A DNA stretch of 64,000 bases, taken from NCBI GenBank assembly GCA_963730935.1, contig CAVSTP010000004.1:32001-96000 (forward strand), given 5' to 3'. Shown piece after piece: positions 49,534 through 58,610 of the stretch. The position numbers and the translations under genes were made by a program. Position 1 is the first letter of the stretch. Each line of letters begins with the position of its first letter. The stretch comes from an uncultured Nitrospiraceae bacterium (GTDB lineage Bacteria; Nitrospirota; Nitrospiria; Nitrospirales; Nitrospiraceae). The notes under the pieces were generated by a model. The model was not told the DNA's origin. It saw only the letters and a list, made by a program, of their open reading frames with translations, and made no database searches.

Positions 49534-50370
49534 TCATCGGAGGTGCACGATGTCGGCGGCTCGAAGGTGTCGGACTGTTGACGGCGACGTCCCCAAAGAT
49601 GGCTGAACCAGCGTCAAGGAGCCGTCCTGCTCGATGGCGTCGGCCACTCCGATATACTCCTTGCCGTCAGCCAGCACGGCTCTCACGGTTTTTCCAATCG
49701 TCGTGCAGCGCTGCCGATACGCGAGCCCGATCGACTCCGAGCCGCGTGACAGGAACTCTTCCAGGCAGGATTCCAGTTCGATCAGGAGTTGGGCGGCAAG
49801 CCGGTTCCGATCGATGATACGGCCCGTTTCATGCCGGATCGTGGTGGCGATGTGTCGTAACTCGTCGGGAAAGTCCTCCGGTACGCCGTTCACGTTGATG
49901 CCGATGCCGATGACTTGAAAAGGTCCGGCTCCTGCCGAGGCTCCGCTTTCACAGAGAATTCCTCCCACCTTGCGTTCGTTGATGAGAAGATCATTCGGCC
50001 ATTTGACGGCAATAGGCAGCCCGCTGACGATGCCGATGGCCTCAGCCGCACCCAAAGCAGCCATCAACGGCAACCACGAGAGCCAGGCCGCCAGATGCGG
50101 GGCATCAATCGCGGTTCGGATGACCAGGGACCCGTAAAGGTTTACACCGGGCGGAGAGAACCAGGACCGGGCCATCCTGCCGCGTCCTGCCGTTTGCGCA
50201 TCGGCCAACACAAGCGTGCCGTGTTCGACGCCGGCCTGGCCCAATGCGACCGCTTCGCGGTTCGTGGATTCGAGCCGTTCGTGCAATTCAATGCGGCGAC
50301 CCAGAGATCGGGTTCCCAGGTAGCTTTGAATGGCGTGGACATTCAGCGGCGAAGGACGCTGCACCGTCAA
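49534..50370 (-). CDS. birA: Biotin--protein ligase without HTH; the 425-aa ORF call overextends into nadC
   Basis: STN, QTAGRGR, KWPNDL, KVGGIL, GIGINV. Confidence 0.92.
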   Translation of the reverse strand: MTVQRPSPLNVHAIQSYLGTRSLGRRIELHERLESTNREAVALGQAGVEHGTLVLADAQTAGRGRMARSWFSPPGVNLYGSLVIRTAIDAPHLAAWLSWLPLMAALGAAEAIGIVSGLPIAVKWPNDLLINERKVGGILCESGASAGAGPFQVIGIGINVNGVPEDFPDELRHIATTIRHETGRIIDRNRLAAQLLIELESCLEEFLSRGSESIGLAYRQRCTTIGKTVRAVLADGKEYIGVADAIEQDGSLTLVQPSLGTSPSTVRHLRAADIVHLR

Positions 50371-51245
50371 CGACGCCTCTTCGGCTTGGCATCTACCGGT
50401 TGGAGCTCCAGCGTCATCGCGGCGGCAGGGGCGGAGTGCGTGAGCGCGCCGATCGAAATGCGGTCTGGGCCTGCCGCTGCCATGGCACGAATGTTTTTCA
50501 AAGTGATGCCCCCGGAGACTTCCACAAGCGCACGCCGGTTGATCATGCGCACGGCCTTCTTGACCATGACGGGCGTCATGTTGTCGAGAAGAATGATGTC
50601 CGCCTGACCCGTCAAAGCCTCTGCGACGTCTGCGAGTGATTCCACCTCGACGATGATCGGCATCCGGCTCTCGCTTCTGTTCTTGGCGAGTGTGCAGGCC
50701 TGACGGATCGCCGTTTTTTGCGGTAGCAGGCTGAGATGGTTGTCTTTGACGAGCACACCGTCGGCGAGCGAAAACCGGTGGTTGGTTCCTCCGCCGAGCG
50801 TCACGGCCCATTTTTGGATGGCCCTCCAGCCCGGGAGAGTCTTGCGTGTGTCGAGGATTGCGACCGGGTAGCCGCGCACGGCCTGACGGAATCGGCCCGT
50901 GAGCGTCGCAATCCCCGAGAGGTGCTGGAGGAAATTCAAGGCGACTCGCTCGGCCGTGAGGATCGATCTGCCGTCTCCTTCAATGCGCAGGAGCGTCTCG
51001 CCGGCTGCTGCATGGGATCCGTCTTTCTTCACCACCGTCAAGGCGAGCGAGGCATCAGTGGCGAGAAAGGACTGAACGGCGGCCGCCATCCCTGCGACGA
51101 TGAGGTCCTGTTGCGCAATGATCCGGCCCTCAGCGGGTACCCTATTGGGAAAGAGGGCCGACGTCGTGACGTCGCCTCGTGCCGCGTCTTCTTCCAACGC
51201 GTGCCGAACGGCGCGTCGGATCTCGGCGGCAGGTAGAACGGCCAT
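50367..51245 (-). CDS. nadC: Quinolinate phosphoribosyltransferase
   Basis: ERVALNFL, DTRKT, KDNH, EVE, LLDNM, SGGI, GALTHS. Confidence 0.96.
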   Translation of the reverse strand: MAVLPAAEIRRAVRHALEEDAARGDVTTSALFPNRVPAEGRIIAQQDLIVAGMAAAVQSFLATDASLALTVVKKDGSHAAAGETLLRIEGDGRSILTAERVALNFLQHLSGIATLTGRFRQAVRGYPVAILDTRKTLPGWRAIQKWAVTLGGGTNHRFSLADGVLVKDNHLSLLPQKTAIRQACTLAKNRSESRMPIIVEVESLADVAEALTGQADIILLDNMTPVMVKKAVRMINRRALVEVSGGITLKNIRAMAAAGPDRISIGALTHSAPAAAMTLELQPVDAKPKRRR

Positions 51246-51247
51246 GT

Positions 51248-54016
51248 TCAGGCCCCAAGCAGAGCGCGAAGCTGCTGCTCGCTGCTGGCCTGCATCGTTT
51301 GATCGTGCTGCAGACTCCGTAAGCGATCTCGATGCTCGGTCAGCACCTCGGCGGGCGCCTTGGCGACGAAATCCTGGGTCTCCAATTTACCGGTCAAGCG
51401 AGCGATCTCCTTCTCCTGGTCTTCTCGCTGCTTCACCAGTCGGTCCAGCGCTTTCTTTAAGTCTACGTCTCCGGACACCAGCAATCCGATAGTCAGCCCT
51501 TCGGCGACGAGTCGAAGGCGCCGTCCCGGCGTCCAGGCAGTCTGCATGCTGACGTCCGATGTGCCGCGGCTCAGATGGGCGAGCTGCACCTCGAGGTGTT
51601 TCAGCTGTCGCTGTTTGTCGGGGTCGTCATGGGCGACTCCAAATTCGATTTGCTGGCCGGGCGGATAGTTCAATAGCACGCGTCCGGTGCGGACGAGGCT
51701 CACCGCTTGCTCGAGCAGGAGAAAGCGCCGCTCGGCATCCGGTGCGTTCCAGGCATGGTCGGGTGCGGGAAAGCGTTGAATAACGATGCTCTCGCCCTCA
51801 TGAGGAATCGTTTGCCAAATTTCTTCGGTGATGAACGGCATGAACGGATGCAGCAGTCGCATCGTGGTTTCCAAGGTCTCAATCAGTGTTTGTCTCGTCG
51901 CCGGGCCATCCGGATGCGCGGGGTTCTGCAGGGTCGGCTTGATCAGTTCCAGATACCAGTCACAATACTCGCGCCAAATGAAGTGGTAGAGCGCGTTGGC
52001 TGCACGGTCGAACCGATACGCTTCCAGCTCGGAAGTGACGCTCCTAATCGTGGAGTTGAGCCGGCTCAAAATCCATTGGTCGGCAAAGGGGCGTTCCGAG
52101 GGCGGCTTCGCCGTGCGAGGCCCTTCGAGATGCATGAGGCTGAAACGTGCCGCGTTCCAGATCTTGTTGGCGAAGTTGCGATACCCTTCGATGCGCTCTT
52201 CCGCTAGTTTGAGATCCCGGCCGGGCGATGCCATTGAAGCGAGCGTGAAGCGCAGGGCGTCGGTCCCGAATTGATTCATGACATGGAGTGGATCGATGAC
52301 GTTCCCTTTGGACTTGCTCATCTTCTGCCCTTCGGCATCCCGTACGAGCGCATGAATATAGACGTCGCGGAAGGGAACGTTGGACATGAATTTCAACCCC
52401 AACATGATCATCCTGGCGACCCAAAAAAACAGGATGTCGAGGCCGGTGACGAGCGTCGAAGTGGGATAGTAGGTCCGTAATTCCGGTGTGTCCTCCGGCC
52501 ACCCTAACGTGGAGAAGGGCCAGAGTCCGGACGAAAACCACGTGTCCAGCACGTCCGGGTCGCGGAGCCACTGTGACCCGCCGCACTGGGGGCAGACGGT
52601 CGGCGCCGATCGGGCGACTACCGGCTTCGCGCCTTGGAGCAGGGTCATGCGGGTAATGGCGGTGCCCGACGCATTCGTGGTTGTCTGCCGATGAATGAAC
52701 GGTTCGTTGCAGCGTTCGCAGTACCACGCGGGAATCTGATGGCCCCACCAGATCTGGCGAGAGATGCACCAGTCTTTAATGTCGCGCATCCAGCCCAGGT
52801 AGTTGTTGATCCAGCCCTCGGGAAGGATTCTGATCCGGCCGTCCTCTACGGCTCGAATCGCCGGCTCCGCCAGCGGCTTGATAGCGACGAACCACTGAGG
52901 CGAGAGGTAGGGCTCGACGATGGTCTTGCAGCGGTAACACTTCCCTATCGCCATTTTGTGGTCTTCGACCTTGACGAGGAGACCGCGATCTTTCAGGGCC
53001 TGCTCGATTTTGGGCCGGGCCTTTGATACGGGAAGTCGCGCAACGGCGGTGTTGACGTCCTCTTCGACAGCCGCCGCCGTGAGGCCGGCAGGATCGAGCA
53101 ATGCCTGATGATCGAAAATCGCCAGGCGGGGAAGTTGATGCCGTTCCCCCGCTTCATAATCGTTGAAGTCATGGGCCGGCGTAATCTTGACCGCACCGGT
53201 GCCGAATTCGAGATCAACGAGGATGGCGTCGCCGACGATGGGAATGTCGCGCCGTGTCAACGGCAGACGGATTTTCTTTCCAATGAGATGTCGATGGCGT
53301 GGATCATCGGGATGCACGGCGACCGCCGTATCGCCCAACATCGTTTCCGGCCGCGTTGTGGCGACCACCAACGAGGTACTGGAATCGTCCGCGAGCGGAT
53401 AGCGGATGTGAAAGAGCTTTCCCTTCACGTCCTCATGTTCGACTTCAATGTCGGACAGGGCCGTCAGGCAGCGCGGACACCAATTGATCAGCCGTTCGCC
53501 TCGATAGATCAGTCCCTCCTCGTAGAGGCGGACAAAGACTTCGATGACGGCTTTGGAGAGCCCGTCGTCCATCGTGAAACGCAGACGCTCCCAATCACAG
53601 GACTCACCCAACTGCTTCTGCTGTTCGACGATCGTATTGCCGGATGCTGCCTTCCACTGCCAGACCCGCTCGATGAATCGTTCACGCCCGATCGCATCCC
53701 GCGAGGTGCCCTCGCTCAAGAGCTGCTTTTCCACGACGTTTTGGGTCGCGATGCCGGCATGGTCGGTCCCCGGCAGCCACAGGGTATTGCGTCCCTGCAT
53801 GCGCCGCCAGCGAATCAAGATGTCCTGCAGTGAATGATTCAGCGCGTGGCCCACGTGCAGTGACCCGGTGACATTAGGCGGAGGGATCACGATGCTGTAC
53901 GGTTGGCCGGGATGGGTTGTCGAGGCGTGAAAATAGCCCCGGTCGATCCAGGTGCGGGACCAACGGGCTTCGACGGCTTTGGGATCGTAGGTTTTGTCGA
54001 GGCGGAGACTGCTCAT
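51248..54016 (-). CDS. valS: Valine--tRNA ligase
   Basis: PPPNVTGSLHVGH, DWCISRQIWWGH, KMSKS. Confidence 0.99.
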   Translation of the reverse strand: MSSLRLDKTYDPKAVEARWSRTWIDRGYFHASTTHPGQPYSIVIPPPNVTGSLHVGHALNHSLQDILIRWRRMQGRNTLWLPGTDHAGIATQNVVEKQLLSEGTSRDAIGRERFIERVWQWKAASGNTIVEQQKQLGESCDWERLRFTMDDGLSKAVIEVFVRLYEEGLIYRGERLINWCPRCLTALSDIEVEHEDVKGKLFHIRYPLADDSSTSLVVATTRPETMLGDTAVAVHPDDPRHRHLIGKKIRLPLTRRDIPIVGDAILVDLEFGTGAVKITPAHDFNDYEAGERHQLPRLAIFDHQALLDPAGLTAAAVEEDVNTAVARLPVSKARPKIEQALKDRGLLVKVEDHKMAIGKCYRCKTIVEPYLSPQWFVAIKPLAEPAIRAVEDGRIRILPEGWINNYLGWMRDIKDWCISRQIWWGHQIPAWYCERCNEPFIHRQTTTNASGTAITRMTLLQGAKPVVARSAPTVCPQCGGSQWLRDPDVLDTWFSSGLWPFSTLGWPEDTPELRTYYPTSTLVTGLDILFFWVARMIMLGLKFMSNVPFRDVYIHALVRDAEGQKMSKSKGNVIDPLHVMNQFGTDALRFTLASMASPGRDLKLAEERIEGYRNFANKIWNAARFSLMHLEGPRTAKPPSERPFADQWILSRLNSTIRSVTSELEAYRFDRAANALYHFIWREYCDWYLELIKPTLQNPAHPDGPATRQTLIETLETTMRLLHPFMPFITEEIWQTIPHEGESIVIQRFPAPDHAWNAPDAERRFLLLEQAVSLVRTGRVLLNYPPGQQIEFGVAHDDPDKQRQLKHLEVQLAHLSRGTSDVSMQTAWTPGRRLRLVAEGLTIGLLVSGDVDLKKALDRLVKQREDQEKEIARLTGKLETQDFVAKAPAEVLTEHRDRLRSLQHDQTMQASSEQQLRALLGA

Positions 54017-54126
54017 GATTCGTGTGAGAAGAAAACGCGAGGCATCTTAACATGCGCACCGTGACCCCTCAAGGTAACGAACGGCATCCCGCGGCGGCGT
54101 GGCTGCGTCAGCGCTAGTTCTCTTCC

Positions 54127-54155
54127 TTGAGAGGACCGAAGGCTTGTGCTATACC
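54127..54155 (+). promoter_or_regulatory. Putative sigma70 promoter for the small basic ORF
   Basis: TTGAGA-17 nt-TATACC with TGn extended -10. Confidence 0.5.
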
Positions 54156-54191
54156 AATCGGCACCTTCCACCTTTTTTGCGAGGAGACGTT

Positions 54192-54308
54192 ATGGCCACG
54201 GGACGGGACAAGGATCGCAAGACGAGAGAGAAACACCGCAAGAACATCAATCGAATGAAGGCGCTGGCGAAAGCACGGCGTGGAAGCAAGCGGGGTAAGA
54301 AGGGATAG
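54192..54308 (+). CDS. Small very basic protein, 38 aa (MATGRDKDRKTREKHRKNINRMKALAKARRGSKRGKKG)
   Basis: GAGGAG RBS, own promoter candidate, fills the gap between two minus-strand genes. Confidence 0.7.
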   Translation: MATGRDKDRKTREKHRKNINRMKALAKARRGSKRGKKG

Positions 54309-54319
54309 CGCGCCCTGTG

Positions 54320-55471
54320 CTAGACGGCTTCGGTGAGCCTTCTGATCTCGGCCTTGATCTGTTCCTCGACCATGGAAGGAGTCACTTGTTGGACAGTCTT
54401 CTGAATCTGTTCTTCAGCGACGGCGCGGATCACGTCGGCGGCGAGTCGTTCTGTCTGCGCTGCGATGCCCTCTTTGAGTTGCTCGCGGACGTTCTCTTCC
54501 CTCGACTGCAGGTACTTACGGGCAGCGTCGGGAAGTAAGTCCTTCACGGTGTCCGCCTGCTCGCGTACCATCCGCTCGACCTCATCCTTGATCAACGGAC
54601 TGGCAATTTCAAAGATGCTGTGCCGGATGATCGGCTCGAGCACGCTCATCTCGCTAGTCAAGACCTTCGGCAATGCCTTGGACAACAGCGGTTCGACGAC
54701 CTCTGCCAGGCGTTCCTTCGAGATCGAAGCGCCCAATTGGAGATGCACTTCCGATTCCACTGCCTTGGTGACATGAGCCTCGAGTTTCGTGCTGACCATT
54801 TGAGGGAGCATTTCCGCAATCTTCTGTTCCGTTTTTCCAGACATGGATTGCAGGAGTTGGCCGAACAACCCCTTCATCGTTTCTTCAGGCTCGACAGCAG
54901 GAGAGGCAGCTGATGGCGTGGCTCCGCGTTGAAGGGTCACGGGAGGCTCTCTCTTCTCGGCAGCCTTGGCCTGCAGGGGGTACGGAATGGTCACTTCGAC
55001 TTCCTCGTCGGTCGAATCATCTCCGAGATCATCGTCCGAATCGAGCGCGCTCGACGTTGGAGGCCAGGCACGCTTCTTTTTTGTGGCGGCCGTCTTTGCC
55101 GTGCTCGCGTGATCGAGATCTTTGATCAAATCCAGGAGGTGATCGGATTGAAACGGTTTCTTGAGGAATGCCTTGACGCCGAGCGATTTCAAATGAGATT
55201 CCTCCATTTTGTCGCTCGCTCCGGTCAGGGCAATGATATAGGTGTCGCACAAGTTGTCGAGTTTGTGGACCTCTTTACAGAACCCGGAAAATGTCATGCT
55301 GTCGAGATGATAGTCGGTGATGATGAGCGTCGGACTCATTCTCCGGGCGGCTTCAAGAGCGGCCGGTCCGTCCTGAAATCCGATGACGTCATACCCGGCT
55401 GGCGCCGAGATCTGCTCCACCATCCGGCGAACCGCCGGACTGCTGTCGATAACAAATATGGTAGAAGCCAC
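54320..55471 (-). CDS. Response regulator with acidic/Pro linker and helical C-terminus (RomR-like architecture)
   Basis: Receiver FVIDSS...TDYHL...KPF; DSDDDLGDDSTDEE linker; no DNA-binding output. Confidence 0.8.
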   Translation of the reverse strand: MASTIFVIDSSPAVRRMVEQISAPAGYDVIGFQDGPAALEAARRMSPTLIITDYHLDSMTFSGFCKEVHKLDNLCDTYIIALTGASDKMEESHLKSLGVKAFLKKPFQSDHLLDLIKDLDHASTAKTAATKKKRAWPPTSSALDSDDDLGDDSTDEEVEVTIPYPLQAKAAEKREPPVTLQRGATPSAASPAVEPEETMKGLFGQLLQSMSGKTEQKIAEMLPQMVSTKLEAHVTKAVESEVHLQLGASISKERLAEVVEPLLSKALPKVLTSEMSVLEPIIRHSIFEIASPLIKDEVERMVREQADTVKDLLPDAARKYLQSREENVREQLKEGIAAQTERLAADVIRAVAEEQIQKTVQQVTPSMVEEQIKAEIRRLTEAV

Positions 55472-55611
55472 TTAAGTCTCCAATTTTATTGAGCTAGTTC
55501 GAAGCTAGCAGGGGGGGTACTCTTTGTCAAGAAAACCGCGGATAGATGCGCGATAGGAATTCAGTTATTCTCCTTACCCATTACGGGCTTCCCAGGGGCC
55601 AAGGGACACGT

Positions 55612-56331
55612 ATGAGCCAGCCGATCCGAGTGGTGTTTTTCGACGCTGCGGAAACGCTCTTTCATGTGAACGGATCCGTTGCGGACATCTATCTCCGCCA
55701 TGCCGTACAGTTCGGCTATCAGCCGAGGCCAGATTCGATCAGGCTGATCACCGAAGCGTTCAGGCGAGCCTTTCACGATGCGCCGCCGCCGGTCTTCGCC
55801 GCCATTGAATCCGCTCAGATCAAACAGAGCGAACGGCTGTGGTGGTTCGATGTCGTGCACAATGTCTTTTATCGTGTCGGCATGTTCGAGCGCTTCGATG
55901 AATTCTTCGAGCATGTGTTCGACGTGTTCGCTGATCCCGTTTCCTGGAAGCTGTTTCCGGACGTGCTGCCGACGCTCGGACAGCTGCGAAGCCTGGGACT
56001 TGAATTGGGCATCGTCTCCAATTTTGACTCGCGACTGTTCAACGTCTTGAGGGGATTGAGCATCGCTGATCTCTTCGACACGATTACTATCTCCAGTCTG
56101 GCCCATGCGGCGAAGCCTTCGCCCAAGATTTTTGAGCTGGCGCTCCAACAGCATGCCGTCGAGCCGGGGGAGGCGATGCATGTCGGCGACAGTGTGAGGG
56201 ACGATGTGGAAGGCGCGACGAAGGCAGGTTTGAGAGCGGTTCTTCTGGCGCGCCAGGGGAAGCAGGCGCCTCCCGACGTTCAGACGATACACACCTTGGA
56301 TGAGTTGGTGCCGCTCATTGCCCCCCGATGA
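55612..56331 (+). CDS. HAD-IA family hydrolase
   Basis: FFDAAETL, VSNFD, KP, HVGDS..DD. Confidence 0.9.
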   Translation: MSQPIRVVFFDAAETLFHVNGSVADIYLRHAVQFGYQPRPDSIRLITEAFRRAFHDAPPPVFAAIESAQIKQSERLWWFDVVHNVFYRVGMFERFDEFFEHVFDVFADPVSWKLFPDVLPTLGQLRSLGLELGIVSNFDSRLFNVLRGLSIADLFDTITISSLAHAAKPSPKIFELALQQHAVEPGEAMHVGDSVRDDVEGATKAGLRAVLLARQGKQAPPDVQTIHTLDELVPLIAPR

Positions 56332-56335
56332 CGCG

Positions 56336-56380
56336 GATTTCAAATCTCAGATTCAGATTTCAGATTGAGATCTGAAATTG
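56336..56380. repeat. Heptamer-repeat hairpin between convergent genes; possible terminator
   Basis: ATTTCAAATCTCA...TGAGATCTGAAAT. Confidence 0.6.
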
Positions 56381-56382
56381 TG

Positions 56383-57102
56383 TTAGAGCAGGAGGGGAAC
56401 CAAGTCCTTGGCTCGCCCCTTGAGGGAGATATCGACAATCCCGGACTGCGGCGTCGGATCGGGATTGATCTCTGCGACAAACGCGCCGGTTTCCTTGGCC
56501 ACGGAGGCGAAGCCGGCGGCTGGGTAGACGACTCCGGAGGTTCCGATGACCAACAGCACGTCGCACGATTGCAGCGCCGTGGCGCAGCGTGCTAGATCCC
56601 CGGCGGATAAGGATTCTCCGAACCACACGATATGTGGGCGAAGCAGCGCCTGGCAGTGACGGCAGGAGGGAAGAATTCGAATCGGGACGTCGTGATTGTC
56701 TTCAATCACTCCGCAGGCCGTGCAGCGCACCTTCCAGATGTTGCCGTGAATTTCCGATAATTGTTCTGAGCCTGCCGCCCGGTGGAGTCCATCAACATTT
56801 TGGGTAATCAGCCAAAACTGTGGGCAACGGCGCTCGAACTCCACGACGGCCGTATGCGCCGGATTCGGTGTCTTTGGCGCGATCAATTCGCGACGCCAGT
56901 TGTACCATTCCCACACCAATCGGGGATCGCGCTCAAAGGCCTCGGGCGTGGCGAGATCTTCCGCCCGAAAGTTCCTCCACAGGCCATCGGCCCCTCGAAA
57001 CGTCGGCACCCCGCTATCCGCAGAAATGCCGGCGCCGGTTAAGACTGTGAGCGACCGTGCTGATGCGATTTTCTTTCTGACGATGCCAAGGTCGGAAGCC
57101 AT
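56383..57102 (-). CDS. cobB: NAD-dependent protein deacylase (sirtuin)
   Basis: GAGISADSGVPTFRG, TQNVDGLH, HG, CxxC..CxxC, RP..VWFGE, GTS. Confidence 0.95.
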   Translation of the reverse strand: MASDLGIVRKKIASARSLTVLTGAGISADSGVPTFRGADGLWRNFRAEDLATPEAFERDPRLVWEWYNWRRELIAPKTPNPAHTAVVEFERRCPQFWLITQNVDGLHRAAGSEQLSEIHGNIWKVRCTACGVIEDNHDVPIRILPSCRHCQALLRPHIVWFGESLSAGDLARCATALQSCDVLLVIGTSGVVYPAAGFASVAKETGAFVAEINPDPTPQSGIVDISLKGRAKDLVPLLL

Positions 57103-57200
57103 GAGGGGATCCCACCGAGAGGCCACTGCGTGCACCTTCGGGTGCATGCTATAGTACGCGCATCATTCAGGCAACGGTGATGGTTCCTCAAAGGGTGATC

Positions 57201-58562
57201 ATGTCCATGAATCACATCATGATGGTCGGGGCAGGCTCGGTTGGCGGGTACTTCGGCGCTCATTTGGCCAAGCACTTTCCGAATGTATCGTTTCTCCTGC
57301 GGCCGAAGACATTGGCCGCTGTCCGGCAGCAGGGGCTCCGGATCCGCAGCGCCTCAGGCACCATCACGGTGCATCCGCAAGCGGCCGCTGACGCCAAGGA
57401 GTTGCCCGCACCGGATCTGATCATCCTCGCCGTCAAGGCGTATGATCTCGACGAGGTCTTGGCGCAGATCGAGCCGGTGCTGACGGATCGCACGGTCATC
57501 CTTACCCTCCAAAACGGCATCGATACGGAAGACCGCATCATCGCGCGCTTCAAACGGGATTGCGTTGTCGGCGGCGTCGCCTTCATCTATTCCAAAATCG
57601 TCTCGCCGGGCTTGATCGACCACTATAAAAAGGGAACGGTGGCGATCGGCGAGCTCATGGGCCATGAAAGCGAGCGAGTGCTGCAGATCCGGGAGCTCTT
57701 CACGAACGCCGGCATTCCCTGCCAGCTCTCCAAAGACATACGACGAAGCAAGTGGGAAAAGATGTGCTGGAACTGCGTCTTCAACCCGCTGACCGTGTTG
57801 ATCGACGACAAGGTGTCACGGGCGCTCGAGCATCCTGAGATGATGCGCGTCATTCACCAGATTGTCGCCGAAATTACCGCCGTGTCTGCGGCGGTCAAGG
57901 TCCCGTTGCCGTCCGACATGCCCGACCGCGTGGTGAAGTGGACTCAGGAAATCCGGGACATCCATACCTCCATGTACGACGATTGGAAAGCCGGGCGGCA
58001 AACGGAAATCGGAAATCTCAACGGATACATCGTCGACCAGGGTCGTGCCTTGGGAATTCCGACACCCGTGAACGAGGCGCTGACGGCGATGATCAAGACC
58101 CTGACCGAAAAGCCGCGCTCCGGTCCCGGTATCGTCGCGATCGACGGAGCCGTGGTTCAGTCCGTGGCGCTGGATCGGACGGCCATGCAGCAGTTGCCGA
58201 GCGAACACCAGATCGACGACGTCAGTCGCAAGATGCCGAGCATGCGGGGCCGTGCGATTACAGTGAAGGGCTTGTTGGACATCCCAGCGCTGCAACTCGA
58301 TGCCGATCACGTGACGTTTCATTCGGCGGACGGCCGGTACGCCGCGACGCTCACCCTCGCACAGGCGAAGGAGTTTGGCTTGTTGGTGTACGAGCTGGAC
58401 GGGGAACCGTTGACCGATGAAAAAGGCGGGCCATTTCGGTTAATTACACCCGGCCTGAGCGATCTGTGCGCCAATGTGAAGGGGGTCAATCGGATCGAAG
58501 TGCGGAGAGGACCCGGGAAAGATACGAGGCCGTCGGAGCGGCCGCCGGAATGCACGAGCTAG
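57201..58562 (+). CDS. panE: Ketopantoate reductase family protein fused to a C-terminal molybdopterin-oxidoreductase-like domain
   Basis: GAGSVG, VKAYD, LQNG, WEK...N...N, SMYDD..AGRQTE; C-terminal DGEPL...GGPFRL..PG...NVK.V..IEV. Confidence 0.8.
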   Translation: MSMNHIMMVGAGSVGGYFGAHLAKHFPNVSFLLRPKTLAAVRQQGLRIRSASGTITVHPQAAADAKELPAPDLIILAVKAYDLDEVLAQIEPVLTDRTVILTLQNGIDTEDRIIARFKRDCVVGGVAFIYSKIVSPGLIDHYKKGTVAIGELMGHESERVLQIRELFTNAGIPCQLSKDIRRSKWEKMCWNCVFNPLTVLIDDKVSRALEHPEMMRVIHQIVAEITAVSAAVKVPLPSDMPDRVVKWTQEIRDIHTSMYDDWKAGRQTEIGNLNGYIVDQGRALGIPTPVNEALTAMIKTLTEKPRSGPGIVAIDGAVVQSVALDRTAMQQLPSEHQIDDVSRKMPSMRGRAITVKGLLDIPALQLDADHVTFHSADGRYAATLTLAQAKEFGLLVYELDGEPLTDEKGGPFRLITPGLSDLCANVKGVNRIEVRRGPGKDTRPSERPPECTS

Positions 58563-58606
58563 CACGGATGTTGAGAAAGGTATCAGATTGCTGTTCAACA
58601 GCCTGC
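58562..58606. repeat. Minimal arms-only version of the palindromic repeat between convergent genes
   Basis: GCACGGATGTTGA...TTCAACAGCCTGC. Confidence 0.55.
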
Positions 58607-58610
58607 GAGC

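Noticed and set aside
49534..50811. N-terminally extended 425-aa BirA
   Set aside because: The extension is an alternative frame inside nadC; BirA similarity starts near 50370
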